DNA of 64,000 nucleotides, from contig NW_002060947.1 of assembly GCF_000150275.1 (NCBI RefSeq), positions 7,239,880 through 7,303,879 on the forward strand. Direction: 5' to 3'. The notes beneath the pieces are model-generated. The model was not told where the DNA came from and made no database searches. It was given only the letters and a program-made list of their open reading frames with translations. The translations under genes were made by a program, and so were the position numbers. Positions 31,450-43,700 of the stretch are shown one piece after another. Positions within the stretch are counted from its first letter, which is position 1; each line of letters starts with the position of its first letter. The DNA comes from Trichoplax adhaerens. Taxonomy: Eukaryota; Animalia; Placozoa.

Positions 31450-32705
31450 CAATGTACAGTACTGTGACTCTTTTGTACCGCAGTAGCGTACAGTGTAGAC
31501 TACAGTGTTGTACTGTACACTGTACACTGTGCAAGGGACCTGGAAAAGCTTTTTCTTTCTTTTCTTCCATTTTCAGCTTTGCTGTACTCCTGAGCAGTGT
31601 GTAGTGAGTACAGTACACTGCTGTGCCTCACTGTACAGTATACAGTGTACAGTACTGTACACTGTGAAATACAGTATACTGTACTGTACTGTACTGTACT
31701 GATTTCACAGTATACAGTACTGTAGTTGGAAAAACTTTTTCTTTCTTTTCTTTCATTTTTAGCTTTCCTGTAGTGAGTACAGTACACTGCTGTGCCTCAC
31801 TGTACAGTACAGTAAGTTGAAAAAGCTTTTTCTTTCTTTTCTTCCATTTTTAGCTTTCCTGTACTCCTGAGCAGTACAGTGGGTACAGTGTACTGTACTG
31901 TACAGTACAACTCTCTACAGTACTGTACAGTACAGTACAGTACTTCAAACAACAACACTACTGTACAGTACAGTACTGCAAATGCTCTGTTAAGGTCTTC
32001 AAAGGAAGGTACTGTACACTGTACAGTATTGTTTACCTTGGTCCAAAGCATCGACTGAGAGTGCGTAGATCGCGTCATGACTCAGGGTTCTACAGTACAG
32101 TACAGTATTTTGAAGTGTGTTTTATTGTACTGTACTCCTGCTTGATTTGAAATCTTGACAGTGGTAATATTCAAAATAATAAATAAACTCCTAGCATGTG
32201 CTATACTAGTGTATCTAATATTTTAAATACTCAAGTCTGTCCTTATGATACAATGACTCGTGGAAGATTGAAGAAAATCACCCTGCAATTAGTCATGATC
32301 CATTCTTAAGCGGAGTAATCCTTCGATAAAAAGTGACGATGAGGATTAGTCTACAGTACACTTGTACAGTAGTCAGTGTCTGACCACTGCATTTTGGGAA
32401 TTTCTACGGTACTTCGTACTTAAGCACTAGATAACTAGCTGTGCAATACAGTACTGCACTGTACACCGTACAGTATGACAGATCGAAGATGTGGATGGAA
32501 CTACACTACACTATTTACAGTACTTTTATCGCACTGTACTGTACACTCTACACCTACAGTACTTGCAACACACAGCGTACTCTACCCAATACGGTACTTG
32601 TGCAGCGCAGTTGGTGTTATACTGTACTGTACAACACAACGAGTGCGTTGGACAAACCTACTGTATAGCATTACCTTCTCCAGTGCCATACACTATAGTC
32701 TACTG
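31450..32705. repeat. Large ACTGT/ACAGT pentamer field with three copies of an ~85-100-bp unit; bidirectional promoter region between Scm (-) and NDUFB4-like (+)
   Basis: (ACTGT)n runs, e.g. 31678-31701. The unit GAAAAGCTTTTTCTTTCTTTTCTTCCATTTT..AGCTTT..GTGAGTACAGTACACTGCTGTGCCTCACTGTACAGTA occurs at ~31542, ~31729 and, partially, ~31819. Confidence 0.85.
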
Positions 32706-32710
32706 CAAAA

Positions 32711-34223
32711 ATGGCTACTGCGCAGAATCCGAACGTCTTCCGTATGTTTTGCAAAAACGCTCCATCCAAATTTCTACATTTCAAGTTGGATCTTTCCTCC
32801 ATACCATAGTTGAATTCTGAACTAGAGAATCATGTCTTCCCCAAGAAGGCCAGAAAGTTATGCCGGCATAATTGTAAGGAATAAGCCTTGTGTATACATA
32901 CGTACAATAATTCAGAACGAAATAAATACTAAAAACTCCACTGTTAATTGAAATGATGTCAAAAATTATACGGACTGGATGCTCATAACGCTCTCGTAAA
33001 ACATGCTCAAGTTTGACTTTTGCATACTGTACAGCTAAAACAATTGTGCGTGTAGCAAGTACTTTCATGCTCCATGAAATTGGGATAAGTTGACCAAAGT
33101 TGAACTATGGACAATATAACTTCATAGACAATACATTTAAAAACCCTTTCTGAACCGTCAATCACAAATCTTGTAACGATGGGTACTTGAACTACTTGTA
33201 GTTACTGTAGTATTTGTTGTACTGCACTGCTACCAGTATGGATAAAGAACGGATGGTGTGAAGGACATTAAGTTGATAGGATTGAAACTACACTTGCAGT
33301 CACTAATTCAATAATAGCAATACATTATGTCTTATAGATGAGAGATTTGCTATGTACATGTACTATCGATGAAGAGGACTTACTACAAAATGACGCTATT
33401 TTCATTCTCTGTCGGTACCCGTATCCTTTGCGATAGACACATACTGTTAACTCCAGTCAAAGCTTTTACTGTGCTCAGTGTATAAGTGCTAGATAATTGA
33501 CGTTTTGGGCCATTGTAATCTTTGCTCTTCCTAACGTTACACTGATGATGTAATAATGCTCAATTGAGCTCTTGTTAGAATTATTTCCACCAATTTCTGC
33601 AACTCCTTTGATGTCAATCTCCACTAATATTGGTCAATCTTTTTTCAATACGATAGCGCTCGGATGCTATAGATCGATGGGGTCACTATCGTGAAAACAC
33701 GTACCATTTATTTAAAGTTAATACTAGAACGATCACCACTCTACTGATATTTGGAATTGGCATTCCTGGTGCCCTTTATTACTATACCTCGAAAATTCAA
33801 GTTAGTATACAACTGTTTCTATCTGTAATGTACTCATGGCGTATCTCTACCGCATAACCATCAATGGAATTTCATAATCAATTCTCCTGGTCAATGTACA
33901 GTACATGATAATCATGAATGGATATGATTGTGACTTTTCTAGTATACTGTATATAGCTTGGCTTGTCTATTACCGTTAGGCTTATCCTGTAGTGTTATCA
34001 ACACTGTAGCCCATGTTGATGTACAGTTGTCTACTTCATGTAGAGCTTTGCTACAGCTTTTAAAATTGTAATATATGATAGTTTGAAATGCATCCAATAA
34101 TTATTCGTGTATAACCGGTAAGAATCAAAAGTAATATCAATATGATCGTATATCAATTTGCAGGCTAAGCATGAACGAATGGTTGCCGATAAAATTGCAA
34201 AAGCAGCTGCGAATAGAAACTAG
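32711..34223 (+). CDS. NDUFB4: NADH:ubiquinone oxidoreductase subunit NDUFB4 (B15)-like; 5' exon structure unresolved
   Basis: Exon 33657-33800 (RSDAIDRWGHYRENTYHLFKVNTRTITTLLIFGIGIPGALYYYTSKIQ) matches the B15 pattern DPAIxRW..xRExxYxxF+xTxRT..L.FG..P..LYY with one TM helix. The last exon is 34164-34223 (AKHERMVADKIAKAAANRN*). A candidate first exon is 32711-32741 (AAAATGGCT, MATAQNPNVF, donor GTATGT). Confidence 0.72.
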
Positions 34224-35820
34224 CAAGGATGATGAGACAACAACGATGAGAAGATGCGTTTGTGACAGACAATTTGCAATCAATTCATTTTAAAACAAGT
34301 AACAATTTCTTGAAAAGAGTAATATGAACTAGCTCATGAAGAAAGAGATCGTAATATGGACAAAAACTTGTCCTTTGCTTATTTGAATCGCATGATTTAT
34401 AACCTACTGTAAGTAAAAAGGCTATTTTTGGCGGGCCATGTATCTTATTAATTCTTGTATAAAGTGCGGTTACTTTTATGACTGTGCTGCTTGAAAGTAT
34501 TTCAATAAAAAATTTGAATGCGATATTTCAATGGCGAGTTTTTCCAATTGATTGTATGTCAAAAATTGGGACAACAGTACACCTATCATCATACAATCAT
34601 TTTTTATTCCTACTCTGCTTTCATGGTATTATTTGGCGTAATCTCTATTTGGCTGGTTCTATTCTCTAGATATATTGCCACCAGATACAGTAATAACATC
34701 GTAATCATGTCTAACTTTGTCTACTTTCTATTTTGTAGAAGTATTTTATTCTCCTATTTAGGGAATCTACAGTTATGCAGTGGAAGTTACACTCAGTAAT
34801 GCATATCTTGTAGCCCTTTACGGTACAAAGCGTATATATCCTAGGGCCTATTATTATATTATTTGAGGCATTTACAACATTGTGAATGATGACCGTTATT
34901 TCTCCAATCATTTTGAATCGCCGCCACTCTTCACTACTAGAGGTATTACTACTACACGAGTCTGTTGTTGTTGTACGACAAGTGTCGTTCTGTAGTTTAC
35001 TGTTCCTACAACAAATTTCTATGAAGTTAATACTAAACCTACTTACTGTTCATACAGAAAAGCAGATACCTATATGCTGTATGTACAAAGTATTGATATA
35101 GCTATCTGCATTTTATATCTGCGTCGACATGTTGCCTACTGTATATCTTTATCTGGAATCATTCTACTGTACTGTGTGTATCTAAGCAGAGGCTTTAGAA
35201 GTCCCTGATCTGAGGCTGGTCTGCCTCAATTTCTATGTCGAGTCACAAGTGGGTACAAGGGCAATATGCAACTGCATCCTGATTGGAATATTGGATTATA
35301 GATCAGAAATTGATTGTAATTTGTAGTACAGTCTACTGGATTAGGATTGAGTATAGTATACCAATCGCACTTTTGGTCTTGAACTTAATCTCATGATCAC
35401 ATCTGCTCGAGCTAGACTGCTAGTGTAGCGGTGTGTTTATTTTGTTTTGAGATTGCTTAAAGCCTTCTGGAGATACTTTAAATAATAAAATGATCTGTAA
35501 ATTTCATACCAGTGTGTAGTATACTGTATAAATTGTCCATTCTATATATTGAAGTAAAATTTCATTTCATAGAATTTCGAAGTCGTAATATCGCAATAAA
35601 TCGGACGTTTGGCTACAGTACAAATTCAAATTTACGAAGCATTTATTTTCAATGTTGGATATTTTATTCCCATCAATTATCATAATGGTTCCATTTAGCA
35701 AAGCATTGCCTACGGGTACATCTAATATTTACTATGACTACTACTTAATATAGTCTGTTCAATTTATTTATGAATAAGATTCTGAAAGCAAAATAACATG
35801 GCTGAGTGATCCACTTTATG

Positions 35821-35940
35821 CGCATACTCGGATGGCCTTCTCCAGTACTGTACAGCGCATACTCGCATGGCCTTCTCCAGTACTGTACACTGTACACTGC
35901 GTACACTATACTGTACACTACAGTACAGTGTACACTAGAC
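35821..35940. repeat. 35-bp direct duplication followed by an ACTGT/ACAGT field
   Basis: CGCATACTCG(G/C)ATGGCCTTCTCCAGTACTGTACA occurs twice (35821, 35856), followed by ACTGTAC-type runs. Confidence 0.85.
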
Positions 35941-36082
35941 AAATCATTTGTGATTTGAATTCAAGGACCATGAGGCAGAGGCTGGGCCTGGACCTCATGC
36001 TAACAGATTTGTTTGGTACATTCATACTGTAGACTCACAGTACTCAGTACAGTACAGTACAGTAGCCCCTTTGACCCACTTA

Positions 36083-36660
36083 TGAGGCTCATGAGGTAAA
36101 CCAAATTCCATACTGTACCGTGAGAGTCCATAATCACTGACATGGTAGCGACGGGAGTTTGCACTAGTCTATTTTATATAATCGGTATTTCATGCCAGCA
36201 TGGCTAGATTATGATCACTGACAAGGGACTACAGTACTCAACTGTACAGTACAGTACACTGTACTGTAATTTTCTGCAAATGGTGAGGCAAAAATTGACT
36301 TGACTACAATACTTTACACTGTAACGTGATGAGGCTCATGAGGTCCAAAAAAATTCCATACTGTACTGTACCATGAGAGTCCATGCTGACTGACACAGGA
36401 CTACAGTACTCAACTGTACAGTACTGTAATTTTCTGCAAATGGTAAGGCAAAAATTGACTTGACTACAATACTTTGCACTGTAAAGTGATGAGGTTCATG
36501 AGGTCAAAAAATTCCATACTCTACCATGAAAAGAGTCCATGACCATTGACTACCTGGCATGGGACTACAGTACTCAACTCGACTGTACTGAAAGTGGACT
36601 TCAATTTTCTGCAAATGGTAAGGCAAAAGAACCTTAACTACAATACTTTACACTGTAAAA
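36083..36660. repeat. Three tandem copies of an ~160-bp unit directly upstream of the NONO-like gene
   Basis: Units start at ~36083 (247 bp, with an insertion), 36330 (160 bp) and 36490 (~171 bp). Shared blocks: TGAGGCTCATGAGGT, AATTCCATACT, GAGAGTCCAT, GGACTACAGTACTCAACT, AATTTTCTGCAAATGGTRAGGCAAAA and ACTACAATACTTTRCACTGTAA. Confidence 0.92.
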
Positions 36661-36757
36661 CACGCTCGACGGAGCAACCGTTAATTTAACATTTCCAACG
36701 CGGTTTGGCTTTGCTCCAGTGTCTCTTTGTTGTAGCTGAAGGAGAAGTGTTGCTCAC

Positions 36758-39700
36758 ATGGCGTCGTCAATTAATTCCAGTGGCCATTACCGTTGTCGAT
36801 TATTTGTTGGCAATTTGGCCGATTGCGATGAAAATGAAGTCCGCCAACTATTTCAGCAATACGGCCAAGTCCTTGAATGTTCAGCAAGCAAGGAAAAGAG
36901 TTATGCCTTTGTTAAAATGGTAAGGTCGATCAATTGAGTTGCATTTTTTTTCTTGGATGAATTGACGCTATTTTCGACTTGTGCTACTCAATCACCAATC
37001 ATGATAGCATACTGTCCCTGTTGAAAACGTGGACCGATAGGTTTCTACCTTGCATGAAAACCTCCTCACAAAACGACTATCCATTCTTTGTCTTTTTGCT
37101 ATTTTGAAAAAGTCGATTAAGTTAAATGGATGTTCAATCAGAATAGAAGGAACAAAATTAAATTGAAAACGATTTGATAGTCTAGTCATACCGAGTACTG
37201 CACCCTATCGGTATCCGTCAACCGCCTTGCTGACGCCATTGAAACCATTTGCCATCTTGGCCAGTCCTGCAGCATGGCTTGAAAAATTCCCTTACCTAGC
37301 TTGGGTAGTTGTTCCTTTTCACCCGTCTAAGACAGTTTTCTTACAAATGGCTTTCTCATAGCGATAAATCTTGTTAACAACGTATGATTGTGGGAAAATT
37401 GATGAATTGGATCATGATACAGTTGGGTCTACCTGTATATCTAGGTTTGAACGACGAAAACAAATTTTCGCCAGTCTGTGACCCTTCTTTGTAGCCCTGC
37501 ACAAAGAAGACGATTTTCCATCTTGCTTAATGCACGATATACTTTTCAGTAGCATGTAGAGTACGCTATGACTGAATAGCGGCTTTGTATGCGTTCGTCG
37601 TTATCCACACTAACCATTAATCTAGATAATAACGCATGATTGGTAGAAAAATCGATTAACCTGGTCATGGCTCTACCATAGAGTGTTCTGTATGGACAAC
37701 GTTCAACCGTACAGTGCACGACACTAATATAGGCAACTTTGCTGAATCGATTCGAAATAGAATGTAGAATAATAGCAATCTTCAAATGATTCATGCTAGA
37801 ATGAATAAGAAATATGTGATTCGCTTCGTTCTTCTCATTGATATTATATTCCAAAAGGACACTACTGAAAACGCTAACCGTGCTAAACTTGAATTGGACG
37901 GTAAAAAAGTGAAAAATCGACTTCTTCGTGTCCGCTTTGCTTCATCCAATTCAACGATTGTTGTCAGCAATTTAAATCAATACGTTACCAATGAACTATT
38001 ACGACAAGGTTTTGAAAAATTTGGTAAAATCCATCGAGCCGTCGTTATTGTCGATATGCGTGGAAAGTCGTCAGGTCGCGGTCTAGTCGAATTTTCACAT
38101 AAAAAAGAATCCATGGCTGCTATTAAAGAATGTACAGAAAATGCCCTATTACTCACTAGGTACGTCAAGATAATATAGTAATCTTTACTATTACAGTGGA
38201 ACCTTGATAACCATCAATTAGGAGGTATCACTGTACATCTATATTTAACGAACACGTGGATAATTTGCATAAAATATTTTGAAACATTCTAATACACCTA
38301 GATGGCCGCAATATCAATTTAAAGGATGCATCTTTTTTTCTTAAAAAACGTAGATCTATGAGGCCTGTAACTGTAAGAAGCCTCGAGGCTGAAGACGATG
38401 AAGATGGATTACCAGAAAGAGTCGTTCGCAATAATGCTGCTTATCAAAAGTAAGGCTGTGATAGCGGAATTGATCGACCATTACAATTCATAATTAACCA
38501 ATTTCGATGGATAATAGGGAATGGAGTGTTTCACCTAGAATTGTAAAGCGTAACTCTCGAGAGTGGGAATTTATACAACGATGGAAGGATTTAGATAAAG
38601 ATCTTAAAGAACAAAGACAAGCTGTCGATACTAAAATGAAAACGATGGAACAACAACTTGAGCAAGAAATCGATGAAATTCTAGCGAAAGAAAGTTATGA
38701 ACTTCAACAACAACAAAAATTACGAGAAGAACAATTACAGCAACAAATGCAACAACGCTTCGGTAACGATCGTATATGTCATTCTCTTAGAAAGACAATT
38801 GTGCCACCAATCTAATTAGAAGTAAGTTATATATTATTAATACTCGGCAATATTATAATTTATTAGTTCCTCCTCATCCGGGCATGCGTATGGGCCATCC
38901 TCCAGAAATGCCTCTCATGCCCAAACCAGATATGTACCACGGTGGCGGATCGCCAATAATGAGAGGAAGAGTTCCACCGGCAAGGTTTGCTTGAATAATG
39001 TCATTATTCTTACTTGGATCAAAATACGTTATTTCAATCATCAAGTGATTCGAGTGAAATCAATATGTGTAAAATTGTTTCTTATTAGAATGCCTTTTAG
39101 AAGTGAACATGAGGAAATGCCTAATCAGCCAATGATGGTAAGACCTTTATTACTGTACCCGTACGGATAAGTTGATTTCTTAGTATATCTCATAAGTTCT
39201 ACGTTATATTACTAAAATGGCTGTTAATTGCTCTCAGGATAATCCAAGGCCTCGGTATCGAATGGCTGGACCAGACCCTTATTATGTATGATAATGACAT
39301 CAACATACAAATCGTATTTATCATCATCATTAGTTTTAACTCGATAAATAATCTGCTATTAAAAAAGACGCATCGATCAATCTTGACTATACTAGATTTT
39401 CGTTTATTAAGCTCTGATTTAATTGATAGGCTGATATGTGGAATAGTGGAGCCCCTATGATGGATCAGAGGGTTCCTCCCCATCCTTATCCTGATCACCA
39501 GCAGGTATGACATAATGTCAAGCATTATTACGTCAAAAACTTAATGACAATTGACTGATCCATATTACAGCTATATAAACAACTGGAGACTAGGTGATTC
39601 TTGTCACTTCAACTATTAACATTTTATTTCGTTTGTGAGTTGAAGGAGTTAACCTCCGCAACTATCGAGCTTACAGAAATTTTATAACTTGCAAAAGTTT

Positions 39701-40705
39701 AAAATTATATCAGTACATTTAGACAATCGGATTATAGTTTACCTTTTTACTTTTGCTAAAGATTGTAACGTATACTCTCGGAAGTAGATATTAAATCTAT
39801 TTTAATGTATACAGTCTTATCGTTATAATAATATACGGTAGCATTTGAAGTAGAAATTAACGTAAAAAGGCTTAGCATGATTCTAGTCCAAGATAGAATG
39901 AAATAGTTTGTTAATAAATATACCGTATACCGTATGGTGTGGCATCAATTCTAGCAATAAGTTTCCATGTACCATATATGACGTCATTACGACTACTTTG
40001 ACATGCATATGTATTGTTATCAATCCCATTTTTTATCAGAATGGTGTAAACGTAGAGGTAGTACAGTGTTTGCTGAGTTTGTTGTTATTATTATTTTGTA
40101 AATTAATAGCTATAGATTTGATGCTAATATAGGTATTCAAATCAATTGAAAGATAACAGCAAATAATCTATAAATTAGTCAGTTTTAATTTCGCACGTTC
40201 GTAGGAAATTGCTGTTTAGAGATTGATTATACTTATAGTCATTAGTATACTATACTTGTCCTTTATATTTAATTCGAAAAATATGAACGCTAAGTAATGC
40301 ACTGAAACACACTTTTGAAAACGAGATATTTTTTATCATGTCAACGTTGATCATGGCTCACTTTTTCGTGCTTTTCTTTTGTACTAATTATATTGATACA
40401 GGTATATCTGTATGTATATACTGTATATATGTGTACATAATTAATTATACAGATACATATCTTGGTGATTCTAACATGTAATATGTTCATTTTTTATTCT
40501 GGACTTTAAATTGTATGAATAACTATTACGTTTACTGTAGAACATAGTAGGCAGTCGACAATCATCACGAGATAATACTCCAAGAGATGACAGGAAAAGA
40601 GAGGCTTCGGGCTTTAGTAAGGGTCCTGCAGCTAATGCGTATGACTATTATCCTAACAACGAACACGATCCAATGTTTAATCCAAAACGATTCCGCAGAA
40701 TGTGA
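36758..40705 (+). CDS. NONO: DBHS-family RNA-binding protein (NONO/SFPQ/PSPC1-like): 2 RRM, NOPS, coiled coil, Pro/Met-rich tail
   Basis: Exon 36758-36919 gives RCRLFVGNL...YAFVKM. Exon 37858-38159 gives AKLELDG..LRVRFA..VSNL..VTNELL..RAVVIVDMRGKSSGRGLVEF. Exon ~38354-38449 gives RPVTV..DDEDGLPE (NOPS). The exon from ~38518 gives EWEFIQRWKDL and the coiled coil. Several small Pro/Met-rich exons follow, and the last exon 40541-40705 ends NPKRFRRM*, a C-terminal NLS as in NONO. Confidence 0.93.
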
Positions 40706-43700
40706 TTTTAATTGTTAATGCAAGCCAATAAGCATTTGCTATTATATTAAAGTAACTAGAAAAGTACCGTATTACTTAATATACTAGTGATATATTGAAT
40801 TAGCATCTATATTATAATTAACTAATGTGAAATAGTAATATGAGACCTTTAGCTTTTAACAATAAGAAACGATCTGCTTATCTGCACATTTTAAGCGGAA
40901 TCGAAGACGTTTTGAAGACTGTCATATAAGTATTATTAATAATTAATGGTTCCCTCTAGATATCCGCTTCTGTTTATCTGTGCGTGTTATAGTTCTCATT
41001 TCGACAGATTTACTCGGATAGTTACGTGGATATTAACACTTTTAAAAAACAAAACATTTCTTATTATAAAAATTGCTGTTTTACTTCCTATCGTGTACTT
41101 AAAGTAAAATTACACGCAGTGTTCAGTAAGTCAACATGCAATCATTATTTTAATTAGGAATAGAATTCTTAATTTGTTCACATTCGTATATAATAATAAT
41201 AATAATATTAATGATAAAAAACATTCCTTCTAAATTGTTGAAAAAGTAAACTGACTTTAACCTATTGATCGCGTTTTACATCGCAACCGCAATTCTTAGC
41301 GAGAATAGGTCATATTAAACGTTAATGTTTGTTGAGAAGTAGCTACAGATTAATTTTAATCCATTGATTAATGACTGTTGCGGCAGTCTTGGCTAAAGTA
41401 AAACTTCATGTAAATGTTACTAGATATGTAATTGTTAACTATTAAAAAAGTACGTGTTGAAGAAGTTGCTGATGACATTGTTATTGGGGAGCTGCATTAC
41501 GTTTAATTCTATCTACTTAGAATTAAACAACTAATACAGTTAAACCTTGCCTAAGTGAACGAAACCGTGTGTAAGTAACTTTCATAACATATGGACAACA
41601 TACTAATTAGAAAGTTTAATTAAAAGAGTGAAGACATTAAAAATTTTAAAATACTTGAATCCAACATTTACATCATCTCTTATTGTCACATATAAAAATG
41701 ATAATGTAATTTGAATGTGTGTTAGAGAAGTGTTCGCCAATGATGTTAAATGGTAGTCCTAGGAAATATTATTATAACTTTTATTCTGTTAGTTGTGTTA
41801 GTTTGCACCTGTCCTAATTAAAACGCGTATTGCTCGTAAAACACGGCAAGGCAAAAGTTGTCTGAAATTTTATGGCATAAATGTATGCTAAAATGATCAT
41901 TAATTAAACATATATAATAGATGTGAGACAGAATACGTTATCAAGTAATATCGCTATTTGAGTTAACAACTAAATAAAAATATAGTAAAAGAATTATATG
42001 ATATGGACAATAATAGTATGAATGATAAACCAATTGCAATGATACATTTTGTCACACATCAATAATATTGTAAATTGCTATTCGTAACTCTCATTATACT
42101 TGTACGGTTATTGCACTGAGAGCATTGACAGACACGTTCGTTGCATAACTGAAGAGTGTGATATAGATATTACTATAGTAGTAAGGATTGTATGATCAGC
42201 AACCTTTGCAAGCATGCTAAACGTGCAACACTTTGTAAAATAATGGGATTTTTAATCACTCCTTTCAACTGGGCATTATCTCATTTAGATCGTTTTTATT
42301 ATAGGTATACTAACAATATAACATTGTCTGTTAGCCCTTGCTACCTGATGGATTAAAAGTGATGTGAGTTTTTACCTCTGCCCAGAGAATGGCTATGTTA
42401 ATATAAACACTGGTTTTAGTATTGTGATGAAATACTTTTAAAAGAAGTTGGAATTACCGGATGATGCTAATTCGCTGCATATGCTTAGAACCTCTTATTC
42501 TGATTTAATCAGTGTTGAAGCTTGATTTGTGTTAGCAATATTACCATTACAGAAAGTAATATAATTATGTTTATCCTTTTCGATGTTTAGGTGTATAATT
42601 TTAGTCGGTTGCAGGTAATGATTACTCTCAATACTCAATATGCTTTTGGAAAGGGACTTGTATGTTGAAGGTAAGCTTTTACTATCATTTGAAGAAATAC
42701 AAATGACTGAAGGTATATTGTGATGATCTCATTGTATCATGACGGTAATATCTGTAGTAGATCCAGAACATGGATGAACCCACTATTACGATATTACTGG
42801 AAATGATAAAAGTCTGCAGTAATGCTGTCTGAATGCCCAATCTTAAATTGTATGAAGACATTTACTGTTATGACTGCTTATAATGACATAATTTTTTAAT
42901 TTTACTAATTAGGCAATGGTTAAGGACTGCGCCTGTCTAGTTCCCAAATGACGATTCTAATGATAGAGCTTTACCTGCATTCCCGATAAAAGACTTATTC
43001 ATAGCAATGGTCGGCCTTCAACATCTGGATAATATAATAATGTTATCACCAATTACCATTTCTGGGACACGTATTTATTTAGGAGATGTACATAATTATT
43101 GATTGCCAATCAGTATTATATGTTAAATGTTTATTTGTACTGTATGTACATTACCACACCTTTACAGAATTCTTGTACAAATATTGAATACTTTTTGAGT
43201 TTCTATGATGTGATTGCGTTATAACATACTTCTTACATTGACTTTAAAAATAAAGCCCTTGTTCAAAATTCTTTTCTTCTTGCTTAAATTGCAACACTTG
43301 TAATAATTTTCAAAAGCTGAAAACCGAGAAGGCACTATTTATTTTACTTTTATTGTCCTGTTTACGACGTTCTTTACAAGCTAGTAGTTACGATGCAGCC
43401 CGCAAGTAGATTTGTGATCTAGCTTGATACTGCAGAATTATTGCAAGGCTATCGTCATAATTGATCAGTACATTAATATTTTACAATTTGGGAAAGTATT
43501 TCACCATTTTGATTGTAGAAAACTTAAGAATTGAGTGTCACATATCAAAACATCAGTTATAGTGCTGTGTGAACACTTCACCTATAACGCATTTGCTGTT
43601 TGCGGAGAGAAAGAAGGAAATTTCGGAAAAAGTAGCGTAATTGTAGGACTGCAGTATCATCACGATTTTTCATAATTTGAAGATAACTTTAAGTTGCTAA

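Noticed and set aside
31256-32820. Cluster of overlapping Tyr/Cys/Thr/Val-rich ORFs (YCTVLYST...)
   Set aside because: These are translation artefacts of the ACTGT pentamer repeats and are open on several frames and strands. The same applies to 15686-15892 and 35745-36032.
36083-36660. CRISPR array, hammerhead ribozyme or spliced-leader RNA interpretation of the tandem units
   Set aside because: The context is eukaryotic, with no unique spacers or cas genes. The hammerhead CTGANGA...GAAA core is missing, and there is no clear Sm site downstream of the donor-like word.
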